Of a DNA stretch of 64,000 nucleotides, positions 36,166 through 45,698 are shown piece after piece. This DNA comes from a virus (Duplodnaviria; Caudoviricetes), in IMG/VR virus record IMGVR_UViG_3300005805_000060, positions 1-64,000 of that record. One strand, given 5' to 3'. The position numbers were made by a program, and so were the translations under genes. The notes under the pieces are model-generated. The model was not told the origin of the DNA. It saw only the letters and a list, made by a program, of their open reading frames with translations, and did not search any database. Position 1 is the first letter of the stretch. The number at the start of each line of letters is the position of its first letter.

Positions 36166-36945
36166 ATGAAAACTATAGTTCTTGTCACTGGCGGGTACGA
36201 TCCGTTACATTCTGGACACATTGCATATTTTCAAGCTGCAAGTGAGCTGGGAGATCATTTGGTAGTAGGACTCAATTCAGACGAGTGGTTGGCCCGCAAA
36301 AAAGGTCGTGCGTTTATGCCACTAAGCGAGCGTCTGAATGTGGTCAAGAATTTACGCATGGTAGATGAGACCATTACCTATGATGACCGAGATGGTCACA
36401 GTATTGAAGCCATACGCAAGGTGCGTGCACAGTATCCAGACTGTCGCATCGTTTTTGCCAATGGCGGCGACCGCACTCAACAAAACATACCTGAAATGGA
36501 TTGTGGTATCGAGAATCTAGAATTTCAATTCGGGGTAGGCGGTTCGAACAAGGCCAATTCCAGCAGCTGGATTCTAGAAGAGTGGAAAGCGCCCAAGACT
36601 CCCAGGGACTGGGGATATTATCGCGTGCTGCACGAGGCGCCTGGGTGCAAGGTCAAAGAACTCACCGTAAGTCCCGGCTCAAGTCTCAGCATGCAACGCC
36701 ACCGCGACCGAGCTGAGTTTTGGTTAGTAGGAGAGGGAACAGCCACAGTATACACTATTGATTCCAGTACCGATGTTCAACTGAATGGAGTTTTTCGACG
36801 CCATGATTTCTTACATATTGCACCCAATGAATGGCACCAACTGGTCAATGAAGAATCAGATCCTCTCAAGATTGTAGAAATACAATACGGAGACCGCTGC
36901 GAAGAAGAAGATATTGAAAGGGATCAACAGGCGCGTTGGGCATGA
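36166..36945 (+). CDS. Cytidylyl/adenylyltransferase (RfaE-like) fused to mannose-6-phosphate isomerase-type cupin
   Basis: GGYDPLHSGH HxGH, FANGGDR; cupin LSMQRH..R.EFW...H and VEIQYG..CEEEDIER. Confidence 0.88.
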   Translation: MKTIVLVTGGYDPLHSGHIAYFQAASELGDHLVVGLNSDEWLARKKGRAFMPLSERLNVVKNLRMVDETITYDDRDGHSIEAIRKVRAQYPDCRIVFANGGDRTQQNIPEMDCGIENLEFQFGVGGSNKANSSSWILEEWKAPKTPRDWGYYRVLHEAPGCKVKELTVSPGSSLSMQRHRDRAEFWLVGEGTATVYTIDSSTDVQLNGVFRRHDFLHIAPNEWHQLVNEESDPLKIVEIQYGDRCEEEDIERDQQARWA

Positions 36946-37622
36946 ACCAAATCATTCCCGTCTACATTGGATACGACCCTCGTGAAGCCGTGGTATTCCA
37001 CACCTGTGCCAACAGTATCATACGGCACAGCACTAGACCAGTAGCTATCATACCCTTGGCTTTGAACCTCTTGCCCGGCTATCAAGAAACTCATCAAGAC
37101 GGCAGCAATCAGTTTATCTATAGTCGATTCTTGGTACCCTGGCTTGAGCGGTTCTTGGGCTGGGCCATCTACATCGACGGAGATATGGTAGTGCAGTCTG
37201 ATATTTCTGAGCTATGGGATCTACGCGATCATTCCAAAGATGTCATGGTAGTCAAACACGATTACCAGACCCGACGCCAAGAAAAATACCTAGGAAATAC
37301 CAATCAAAACTATCCACGCAAAAACTGGAGCTCTGTGATCTTGTGGAACTGTGCTACTTTCCCCACTCGAGTGCTCACGCCAGAATTTGTGAGCAAGGCA
37401 TCAGGTGAGTATCTGCATCGGTTCAAATGGTTGTCAGATGATCGTATAGGCGAGTTACCGTCTGAATGGAACTGGTTGCCCGACGAATACGGTGCCAACC
37501 CCAACGCTAAACTGTTGCACTGGACCCTAGGTGCCCCTTGTTTCAATGAGTTTAGTGACACTGAACAGGCCGAAGTGTGGTTTAACGAACATAGTCTCAT
37601 GCAGCACTGCGAACAAAAATAA
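36942..37622 (+). CDS. GT8-like glycosyltransferase
   Basis: IGYDPRE, YIDGDM, YPRKNWSS and LHWTLGAP motifs. Confidence 0.8.
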   Translation: MNQIIPVYIGYDPREAVVFHTCANSIIRHSTRPVAIIPLALNLLPGYQETHQDGSNQFIYSRFLVPWLERFLGWAIYIDGDMVVQSDISELWDLRDHSKDVMVVKHDYQTRRQEKYLGNTNQNYPRKNWSSVILWNCATFPTRVLTPEFVSKASGEYLHRFKWLSDDRIGELPSEWNWLPDEYGANPNAKLLHWTLGAPCFNEFSDTEQAEVWFNEHSLMQHCEQK

Positions 37623-37623
37623 C

Positions 37624-38427
37624 ATGTCATCTTGGGTGTTTCTCAGCAAGCATGGTCAGGATCAGTACATCAACATGATGGCCCAAGGTGCTGGTGCAGT
37701 AATAACCAACACCGAGAATTTTGATTTTGATGCCAGCGATCAACCCATTGTGCTACGAGGTATACTCAAGCACCGTATCATGAAACAATGTCAGGCCCGG
37801 GGTCGTACATTCTTTTACATGGATACTGGCTACTTTGGTAATACAGTGAGCAGTCAAAATCCACATGGTTGGAAATTATGGCATCGTATTGTGCCCAATG
37901 ATCTACAGCACAGCGCGATACGTGCAAGACCGGCAGATAGAATACAACACTTTGGAATTTCAATTCCCAAACAACGACAAGGCAGTCGTATTGTGTTGGC
38001 AGCACCTGACGACAAACCTTGCAAGTTCTATGGTATCAATCGAGAGCAGTGGTTGTCCGAAACCATAGCGGCCATAAAGTCCAAGACTGATCGACCTGTA
38101 ATAGTTCGTGAGCGAGTGCGCAGTAGACAGCGGCGTATGATTCAAGATCCCCTGAGTCGTGTGTTGACCCAAGACGTACATGCCTTGGTCACGTTTAACA
38201 GTGCTGCGGCTATTGAATCTATCTTGACAGGAGTACCAGCCTTTGTACTAGCACCAACTCATGCTGCCCAACCTGTGGCCAATCGAGACCTAAATCAAAT
38301 AGACAATCCTTTTTGGCCTGATTCAGATCTCATACACGCATGGCTGTGTCATCTCAGCTATGGTCAGTTTCATGTGCGTGAATTACAAAACGGAACAGCA
38401 TACAACATGTTGTTACAAGATCAATGA
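37624..38427 (+). CDS. Capsule-synthesis-like (GT-B) protein, paralog 1
   Basis: YMDTGYF, VRER and TFNSAAAIESILTGVPAF motifs; start moved to 37624. Confidence 0.6.
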   Translation: MSSWVFLSKHGQDQYINMMAQGAGAVITNTENFDFDASDQPIVLRGILKHRIMKQCQARGRTFFYMDTGYFGNTVSSQNPHGWKLWHRIVPNDLQHSAIRARPADRIQHFGISIPKQRQGSRIVLAAPDDKPCKFYGINREQWLSETIAAIKSKTDRPVIVRERVRSRQRRMIQDPLSRVLTQDVHALVTFNSAAAIESILTGVPAFVLAPTHAAQPVANRDLNQIDNPFWPDSDLIHAWLCHLSYGQFHVRELQNGTAYNMLLQDQ

Positions 38428-39416
38428 AAATACTTACTTGTCTTTATAGTGCTAGCAATGTACATGAATCCATGATCTTGCGAGGCATGCACGAAGGTGC
38501 GAGAATCTATTTTAATCAGCTGCTAGGAAATCCCACCGACAAAGAATTGTACAAGAAACATTCAATTGATCTCAGCCTTCACTATGACATTGATGTACCC
38601 AAGTGTGATGTGGCTATACAATTCGGATCGGTCAAGCCACGAGAAACTGAGTACCATGTGTGCCGACAAAATATTCAAAAGGCTGCTCAACAGATTGTGT
38701 ACGTAGAAACACCGTTTTTAGGACGTGTGATCCGATCTGACGGAGAACACGCATGGTACCGAGTGGGGTTGAACGGATTTCTAAACGGCCAGGATGCTTT
38801 TGATTTAGAGATAGACCATCATCACTGCAACTCAGTATTGAAGTATTTGGGCCTAACATCGTGGCCGGGGTGGCGTGATCCCAGTCAAGGTAATATATTA
38901 TTGATGACTCAGTTACCTGGAGATGCCAGTGTGCGTGCCATGGACATGGCACAATGGACTCTGTACTGCATTAGCCGTATTCGGCAACTGACTGATCGTG
39001 CCATTCGGGTAAGACTGCATCCTGCACTCAGTGCCAAGGGGCGGCAAGAGTTTCTACGAGATCTTGCACCTATATTGATAGAAAACCACAGCAATGTTAC
39101 ATGGTCGTCAGGGCTGGATCAGACTCTCAACGCCGCTCTATCCGATTGTGGAGTCTGTGTAACCTACAGCAGCGGTAGTGCAATTGATGCTATAGTTCGA
39201 GGTATTCCCACTATTGCCATGGACGAAGCCAGCATGGCTTTTCCTGTGAGCAGTCACTTTGTTGAAGATGTTATTGATCCCAAGTTGGCAACCCGCAGCG
39301 AAGTAGAGCAGTGGATACAGATGCTGGCCAACAATCAATTCAATGAACAGCAAATACGATCAGGACAAGTGTGGAGTCGTTTCTGGGACAGGATACAACA
39401 TCAATGCCAACAGTGA
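38424..39416 (+). CDS. Capsule-synthesis-like (GT-B) protein, paralog 2
   Basis: QLPGDAS, RLHP and TYSSGSAIDAIVRGIP motifs. Confidence 0.6.
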   Translation: MKILTCLYSASNVHESMILRGMHEGARIYFNQLLGNPTDKELYKKHSIDLSLHYDIDVPKCDVAIQFGSVKPRETEYHVCRQNIQKAAQQIVYVETPFLGRVIRSDGEHAWYRVGLNGFLNGQDAFDLEIDHHHCNSVLKYLGLTSWPGWRDPSQGNILLMTQLPGDASVRAMDMAQWTLYCISRIRQLTDRAIRVRLHPALSAKGRQEFLRDLAPILIENHSNVTWSSGLDQTLNAALSDCGVCVTYSSGSAIDAIVRGIPTIAMDEASMAFPVSSHFVEDVIDPKLATRSEVEQWIQMLANNQFNEQQIRSGQVWSRFWDRIQHQCQQ

Positions 39417-40354
39417 TAGGTTTTCTAGCTACCTTGCCCCAGAGTTTGGTAGCCAGACCCAGCAAAGATCCAGACAAGTACGCTACCATACCACGGTTTA
39501 TTGAGGGTGTGATTGCCGCCGGAGATTCAGGCATGGTAAGCCAGCACATGCAGTGGCAACCGTGTGATGTTGCTGTGATACTGGGTTGGGCACATCTAGG
39601 CAACAAAAAAACATCACATCTGTTGCTGCGAGATGAGATAGTGCGCAAGCAAAAAGAAACCGGCTGCCGAGTCGTAATTGCAGACAGCAATCTTTTCCTT
39701 TACCGAGATACCACTAATCCTCATTATTATCTGCGCTTCAGCTACGACCATGTGTTTCCAGGTCTGGGAGAATACTGCGACAATCAATCCAATTCTCTGC
39801 GCTGGAAACAGATACAGGGCGATATGGCAGTGGACTTGAAGCCCTGGCGCACTCGTGGGCATCATGTGCTATTGTGTTTGCAGCGAGATGGTGGTTGGAG
39901 CATGAACAATTACCGAGTGCCCGATTGGGCTTTCAATACCATACAGGTACTGAGACAGTCGACCAAGAGACCCATCGTGCTGAGACCACATCCGGGAGAC
40001 AAGAGAGCACCTGAATATGTCAGGGCCGTGCTTGGCCTCTGCCGGAGGGCCGGTCTTGTTGGAATTTCTGTGAGCACACATCGAGATCTCACAGATGACT
40101 TGAGAGATTGCTGGGCCATGGTCAATCACAATTCAAGCCCTGCTGTGGCAGCAGTGATCGAAGGTATACCCACATTTGTCACTGATCCTGTACACAGCCA
40201 AGCAAAAGACGTGACCAACCACGATCTCACTCAAATTGAGTCGCCTAGATTGTTTGAAAGACAGCTTTGGGTGGAGCGTATCAGCCAATTCCATTGGAGC
40301 CATCGAGATCTACAACAAGGGCACTGCTGGCGTCACATGCGACAATATCTATAA
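39404..40354 (+). CDS. Capsule-synthesis-like (GT-B) protein, paralog 3
   Basis: RPHP and NHNSSPAVAAVIEGIP motifs; start moved to 39404. Confidence 0.6.
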   Translation: MPTVIGFLATLPQSLVARPSKDPDKYATIPRFIEGVIAAGDSGMVSQHMQWQPCDVAVILGWAHLGNKKTSHLLLRDEIVRKQKETGCRVVIADSNLFLYRDTTNPHYYLRFSYDHVFPGLGEYCDNQSNSLRWKQIQGDMAVDLKPWRTRGHHVLLCLQRDGGWSMNNYRVPDWAFNTIQVLRQSTKRPIVLRPHPGDKRAPEYVRAVLGLCRRAGLVGISVSTHRDLTDDLRDCWAMVNHNSSPAVAAVIEGIPTFVTDPVHSQAKDVTNHDLTQIESPRLFERQLWVERISQFHWSHRDLQQGHCWRHMRQYL

Positions 40355-41062
40355 AGTCTGGTAAATGTTGTCCAAACGAGTGCTCCAGTAGGCATGTTGC
40401 TCCACTACAGGTCGTACCTGATCTTGAATGTTTGGCAGGTGTTCGTTGCCCAGTACCGGCAGATGTGCCAGAGATTGCACACTGCGGGCATCATAAAAAA
40501 ACACATTCACACAGCTGGAATCAAATCCAAAATAGGTATAACCCTGTGCTTGCCAAAACTCTCGATATTTGGCCAAACTCACACCGTGAAAATGTTGTTT
40601 GTTGTAGATTCCCTTGCCGCGTTGTTGTGTCCAGGGAAAACTGGCCACTGCTGTGTCGCCAAATCTATGGTTGAACTCCAGGCACACAGTACGTGGTCGA
40701 TATCCCCGTGCCATGATCCAAGCAACCACTTCAAAATCAAAACTGTCAATATCTAGGCTGAAGAAATCTAGATCCTGTGGCACACCTGCTAGAGCCTGGT
40801 CTAGACTGTCTGGAGTGATAAACAAGGAGCGGAATTCTACCCCACTGGGTAGGCTTATCCGAGATTGATGCCCGCCATCTACGGCCACCCCTTGCCAGCC
40901 CTGTTCAATTAGATTGCGAGTCATGTTCTGAGTGCCATCGCCCCAGCCTATCTCTAGAAAATAGCGATTGGGTACCTGGATTGCCGTTGTCATGGCTTGA
41001 ATGATACCATCCTCGCCGTGTTGGCTGTAGTACCTGTCTTCGTAAGGCAGTTTATAACTCAC
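40349..41062 (-). CDS. FkbM-like SAM methyltransferase
   Basis: YSQHGEDGI, EIGWGDG and SLDIDSFD motifs. Confidence 0.75.
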   Translation of the reverse strand: MSYKLPYEDRYYSQHGEDGIIQAMTTAIQVPNRYFLEIGWGDGTQNMTRNLIEQGWQGVAVDGGHQSRISLPSGVEFRSLFITPDSLDQALAGVPQDLDFFSLDIDSFDFEVVAWIMARGYRPRTVCLEFNHRFGDTAVASFPWTQQRGKGIYNKQHFHGVSLAKYREFWQAQGYTYFGFDSSCVNVFFYDARSVQSLAHLPVLGNEHLPNIQDQVRPVVEQHAYWSTRLDNIYQTL

Positions 41063-41789
41063 TGGCCACCTGTAGTTTGGTCTTTTGTCCCTTGTGGTGA
41101 TAGAAGTATGGCCACAATACCGTGGCCTTGATAGGTGTACGACGATTTCGATCTAGGTGTAGATTGTTAACGCGAGCACCATGCTGTTGGGCGTATCTCA
41201 CGCATTCGGCCATGACCCATGTGTCATGGCATTTGATGTATCTCGAGCTGTCTCCAATCTCGCGTGTTTCGTAGATTTCGATATATCTCTCACGGAAACG
41301 ATCTGCAAACGGGTGTTGTCGTTGCCAGGCATAAATGCAAGTCTCGGCGTTGTCCAACACTATTTCCTGGCCCTGGTCGGTCAAGCGTGTGGCACGGGCA
41401 TACATGTAGGTCAATACAGCATCACTGGGAGTGATACTGGCCAAGAAGTCGTGAGTCACTGGTTGCTTGGTTTCAGTGTCGGCGTCTAGATAGAACAACC
41501 AGTCATGATCTAGAGTTTCCATGGCCCGTATCCAGGCATAGGCCTTGTAGGCAAATTTGCGTGTGTAGTGTTGCCCACGCCAGTCTAGATAGGCTTGCAA
41601 TCGATCGCCCACAGCTTCATAGAGATCAATGCTGCGTATGTTCGGTGCTTGGATTGGAAGATCAAATCCCTCGGTATACACATAGAGCACACAATCTCGT
41701 GGCCAATACCGCACATAGGTTTCCAACATACGATGACCAATAAGGTCATAGTAGTCACGATTCATGGTGGTAACTGCTGCTGTGCTCAT
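41052..41789 (-). CDS. Glycosyltransferase-like protein
   Basis: KFAYKAY and YLDAD DxD; paralog of 42322..43143. Confidence 0.65.
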   Translation of the reverse strand: MSTAAVTTMNRDYYDLIGHRMLETYVRYWPRDCVLYVYTEGFDLPIQAPNIRSIDLYEAVGDRLQAYLDWRGQHYTRKFAYKAYAWIRAMETLDHDWLFYLDADTETKQPVTHDFLASITPSDAVLTYMYARATRLTDQGQEIVLDNAETCIYAWQRQHPFADRFRERYIEIYETREIGDSSRYIKCHDTWVMAECVRYAQQHGARVNNLHLDRNRRTPIKATVLWPYFYHHKGQKTKLQVASEL

Positions 41790-42325
41790 TGATTGATCCA
41801 GATGGCCTGCCAGCGTTTGGCTCCACGATGCACAGTGATTTCTTGACTAATACCAGCCTTTTCTAGAGCCTCTTGCACACTGAGCATGTCATAATCATCA
41901 AAAACCACAATGCCACTGTCACGAACCATGCTAAAATCATGTAACACAGTTTCTGTGCTGTGTCCACCATCAATATAGGCCAGATCAGCCCGTATGGGAG
42001 TCAAAAAGCTGTCAGTGGTAAACCCACGTGTGAGGTTCCATCGAAACTGAGGATTTTCTCGAGCCACTCGCCGAAACTTGCGTTGAGCCTTGTCATAGTT
42101 GCCCACGCCCTTGCCGTTGATCTCGGCCTGGTGAGTGCTTTCGTTGGCCATGTCAAACAGATCAAAGCCATGATATTCCACATCTGAGTGGTACTGTAAT
42201 GCTTCGTTCACCATGTAGTAGCCGCTACGACCGCTGTGTGTGCCGGTTTCCGCAATCACACGTGGACGATACTGGTGTATCAAAGGACCCAGGGTTTCTA
42301 CAAAAATGTAATTTTTCTTTTTCAT
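41786..42325 (-). CDS. Class I SAM methyltransferase
   Basis: ETGTHSG, GFDLF, YIDGGHS and VFDD motifs; start moved to 42325. Confidence 0.8.
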   Translation of the reverse strand: MKKKNYIFVETLGPLIHQYRPRVIAETGTHSGRSGYYMVNEALQYHSDVEYHGFDLFDMANESTHQAEINGKGVGNYDKAQRKFRRVARENPQFRWNLTRGFTTDSFLTPIRADLAYIDGGHSTETVLHDFSMVRDSGIVVFDDYDMLSVQEALEKAGISQEITVHRGAKRWQAIWINQ

Positions 42326-43143
42326 GTCATGTTCCAGTATTGATGTTGTGTAGCAACCACAAGATCTCGAGCTTTGCTCCGACCCAGGTCCTTGCGAGCA
42401 CCTTTGAGATGATCTAGATAATTGCCCCAGGCTGTGTTGATCAAGGGATGCCCCTCGCCTTTTACAATGCCTGCACTCCAGTTCCATTGACGCCACGTGG
42501 GACAACGAGCGTGAATTTGGCTTCGTACTTGATCAAACACCCAACAATCATTCCATTCGGCCATGTCAAATATGGTACCTTGATCGTAGGCTGCTTGAAA
42601 CTCTCGCACAAACTGCCGAGTGATTGTATCTCGTAAATTTAGAGCATAAAGTCCGCACTCAGTAAACTTGTGCTCACGCCCTAGAAAAGCCACCCCGGTG
42701 TCACTGGGTATCTGTTGCTCCACAAACTCCTGAGTGATAGCACTGTGACACACCATGTCAGCATCCATCCAGTACTGGCGATCTGCCATGGTGTTTTGAG
42801 CATGATAGCATACTGCATAAACTTTGTGACTGAATCGTATGGCGTCCCAACGAAATCCCAGCCCTGGTGCCTTGCCTTTACGATCCACAGGTTCAGTGGC
42901 CACTAGTCCGCGGGCACGAGGATCTGATCCCCATCGCTGTTTGAACTGTACCAGGGCCGGAATTTCACCGTGTAGGTCATGCACATGCAAATTGGGAGCC
43001 TGTTGAGTCACTGTGCAATCTTCTGCATACACATGTAGCTGTATGGTCTGTGGCCAGTTTTTGAGAAAAGTGTCTATCATGCGACTGGCGTACTTGGTAT
43101 ACCCGGCGCCATGAAAAGTGGTTACTACGTCGATTGAACTCAT
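42322..43143 (-). CDS. Glycosyltransferase-like protein
   Basis: RFSHKVYA, WMDAD and DHLKG motifs. Confidence 0.7.
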   Translation of the reverse strand: MSSIDVVTTFHGAGYTKYASRMIDTFLKNWPQTIQLHVYAEDCTVTQQAPNLHVHDLHGEIPALVQFKQRWGSDPRARGLVATEPVDRKGKAPGLGFRWDAIRFSHKVYAVCYHAQNTMADRQYWMDADMVCHSAITQEFVEQQIPSDTGVAFLGREHKFTECGLYALNLRDTITRQFVREFQAAYDQGTIFDMAEWNDCWVFDQVRSQIHARCPTWRQWNWSAGIVKGEGHPLINTAWGNYLDHLKGARKDLGRSKARDLVVATQHQYWNMT

Positions 43144-43158
43144 AACTATATTTACTTT

Positions 43159-44004
43159 ATGCGTTTTGGTCTATTTGATAAACAAGCAGCCGGAAACAGT
43201 GGCCCAGTCTGGCAGGCCATTAGACAGGGACTAGATCAGCTGGGGATGGCCCATGCCAGCCAAGATCTTGATGCCGATGTAGCTGTGATTTGGAGTGTGC
43301 TCTGGGCCGGGAGAATGCGAGCCAATCTTGATGTGTGGTCTCGATTTCGTCAAAGTAGACGACCGGTCATAGTGGCCGAAGTGGGAGCACTTGATCGAGG
43401 GCGTACCTGGAAACTGGGCATCAACGGCACCGGTACTGATGCAATCTGGGGACAAGGTATTGATCCCAACCGATCTAGACAACTGGGCATAGAGACAGCG
43501 GACTGGAGACACCAAGGGCGTGACATTGTGATTTGTTTGCAGAGATCAGACAGCTATCAGTGGCACAATCAACCGCCTGTGCATCAGTGGTTGGATCAAA
43601 CCATACACCGTGTGCGCGAACACAGCACTAGACCCATTGTTGTGAGGTGTCATCCTCGACAACGGGTCAAGCTACCACGCGATGTGGCTGAAAGCGTGTG
43701 TCATCCTGTAGCCAATACCTATGACGGATTTGACTTTGATCAGATTCTTCTCAACGCCTGGGCTGTGATCAACTGGAATTCAGGGCCAGGTGTACAGGCT
43801 GTGTTACAGGGAGTTCCTGCGTTCGTAGGCAGCAGCAGTCTAGCAGCACCCGTGGCCAATCTAGATCTTGCCCAGATAGAAACCCCAGCAAGACCTGACC
43901 GATCTCAGTGGTTGATAGACCTATGTCACACCGAGTGGACTTGCTCTGAAATTGCCACGGGCTACCCCCTGCAAAGGTTGATTAGATCATTTGAGTCGAT
44001 CTAG
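43159..44004 (+). CDS. Capsule-synthesis-like (GT-B) protein, paralog 4
   Basis: RCHP and NWNSGPGVQAVLQGVPAF motifs. Confidence 0.6.
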   Translation: MRFGLFDKQAAGNSGPVWQAIRQGLDQLGMAHASQDLDADVAVIWSVLWAGRMRANLDVWSRFRQSRRPVIVAEVGALDRGRTWKLGINGTGTDAIWGQGIDPNRSRQLGIETADWRHQGRDIVICLQRSDSYQWHNQPPVHQWLDQTIHRVREHSTRPIVVRCHPRQRVKLPRDVAESVCHPVANTYDGFDFDQILLNAWAVINWNSGPGVQAVLQGVPAFVGSSSLAAPVANLDLAQIETPARPDRSQWLIDLCHTEWTCSEIATGYPLQRLIRSFESI

Positions 44005-44955
44005 ATCAGCATCTACCATGTCGCAAATCATCTGTTCAAATGTCACGCGAGGTTCCCAGCCCAGTACAGTTCGAGCACGGCTGTAGTCACCACAAAGACT
44101 GTGCAGTTCTGCTGGGCGCTTGAATCTGGGATCTGATGTCACATACTGACTCCAGTGCGGTAAGCCCACGTGTCGGAACGCCACATCTAGCAGTTCGCGG
44201 ATGCTGTGCTGTGTGCCTGTGGCTATCACGAAGTCGTCGGCCTGAGGTTGTTGCAGCATCATCCACATGGCTTCTACAAAGTCACCGGCAAATCCCCAGT
44301 CTCGGCTAGATTCAAGATTGCCCAGACTGAGGCCGTTGGCCAGGCCCAGTTTGATACGAGCCACTGCATCGGTGATCTTGCGAGTGACAAATTCTCGACC
44401 GCGCAAGGGACTTTCGTGATTGAACAAGATGCCCGAGCAGGCATAGAGTCCATAGCTCTCACGGAAGTTGCGAGTCATCCAGTGGCTGTAGAGTTTGCTT
44501 ACACCGTATGGGCTACGCGGATGAAACGGGGTCAATTCATTCTGTTGTCCACCGGTGCTGTTGCCAAACATCTCGGAAGTGGATGCCTGATAGAAGCGCG
44601 ACTCAGCCGAGTGCTGGCGTATGGCATTGAGTATGTTGAGTGGGCCCATGCAGTTCACTTCGGTAGTGAGCTTGTTGAGATCCCAGCTGATGCCCACGAA
44701 GCTCTGCGCGGCCAGGTTATATACTTCGTTCGGACGAAGACTGCGCATGAGATGATTCATGCAGCCATCATCGGTTATGTCTCCGGTGATCAGTTCTACA
44801 TCATGTTCAATCCCCAACCATTCTAGATTGCCTAGATTGGGGTTGCTGTAACGTTTGACCAGACCATAAACACGATAATCTTTTTCCAAGAGAAACCGAG
44901 CAAGATAAGGTGCATCTTGCCCGGTCATGCCTGTAACAAAAGCTGTGCGTTTCAT
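43987..44955 (-). CDS. gmd: GDP-mannose 4,6-dehydratase
   Basis: TGMTGQD, YNLAAQSFV, FYQASTSEMFG, PRSPYGVSK and FNHESPLRG motifs. Confidence 0.95.
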   Translation of the reverse strand: MKRTAFVTGMTGQDAPYLARFLLEKDYRVYGLVKRYSNPNLGNLEWLGIEHDVELITGDITDDGCMNHLMRSLRPNEVYNLAAQSFVGISWDLNKLTTEVNCMGPLNILNAIRQHSAESRFYQASTSEMFGNSTGGQQNELTPFHPRSPYGVSKLYSHWMTRNFRESYGLYACSGILFNHESPLRGREFVTRKITDAVARIKLGLANGLSLGNLESSRDWGFAGDFVEAMWMMLQQPQADDFVIATGTQHSIRELLDVAFRHVGLPHWSQYVTSDPRFKRPAELHSLCGDYSRARTVLGWEPRVTFEQMICDMVDADLDRLK

Positions 44956-44988
44956 AACATCTCCTCAGAAGTATGTATGCTGTATCTG

Positions 44989-45441
44989 TTAGAGATTGTA
45001 ATCTTCCATGCCAGCCACTTTGAGGCGTATGAGATGCCCCATCATGAAGTTTTTGCTTTCCAGTGCTTTCATGATACCCAACCAGCGATTTCGCAACAAA
45101 GCCACTTCATTTATAATGGTTTCGTGATCCACTACCTCATCCTCTCCATCCACATACTTCTCAGCATCCCTACTGCTGAGCATGCGTGCATATCCTTCCA
45201 GATACTTCTTGAAGTGTCGGCGGCGTATCTTTCTCAGCTGGATATTGAGATAATTGAGCACCGCTTCAATCTCTTGTAGCTGATTGAAGCGCCGCTCGGT
45301 CACCCCCGGCAGTTCCTTGATATTGGTCTCTACATGCCCCGAGATACGACATTCGGTCTTGGCATGTTCTAGTTCGACTTCGTAGTGGGAGATGAAGTCG
45401 GGAATTGCGCCCAGATCAGCTACCACACGGCTATACCACAT
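44989..45441 (-). CDS. uvsY: Recombination mediator UvsY
   Basis: YVDGED motif, helical pattern and position beside uvsX. Confidence 0.7.
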   Translation of the reverse strand: MWYSRVVADLGAIPDFISHYEVELEHAKTECRISGHVETNIKELPGVTERRFNQLQEIEAVLNYLNIQLRKIRRRHFKKYLEGYARMLSSRDAEKYVDGEDEVVDHETIINEVALLRNRWLGIMKALESKNFMMGHLIRLKVAGMEDYNL

Positions 45442-45443
45442 GG

Positions 45444-45698
45444 TCAGTTCCAGTCTGAATCAGAATCGTCCTCTTCAACATATTCTTCATCGTCGTCATC
45501 CCCGCGATCGTTATCAAGGTAACCTTGCAAGGCTCGTTTTAGATCTGCATCACCGGCAAAGGCTGATAACATAATATCAGGATCTGAATCATGATCGATC
45601 ATGACTGCCACCACTGTCTCGGCAGCGTCAGCTCTGTCTGTGGGATTGACGTAGCGTTTGATCTCTCGCCAGATGTCAGCAACTGTGTGTTCGGTCAT
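45444..45698 (-). CDS. Small acidic hypothetical protein
   Basis: ATGA-coupled to uvsX; D/E-rich tail. Confidence 0.65.
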   Translation of the reverse strand: MTEHTVADIWREIKRYVNPTDRADAAETVVAVMIDHDSDPDIMLSAFAGDADLKRALQGYLDNDRGDDDDEEYVEEDDSDSDWN

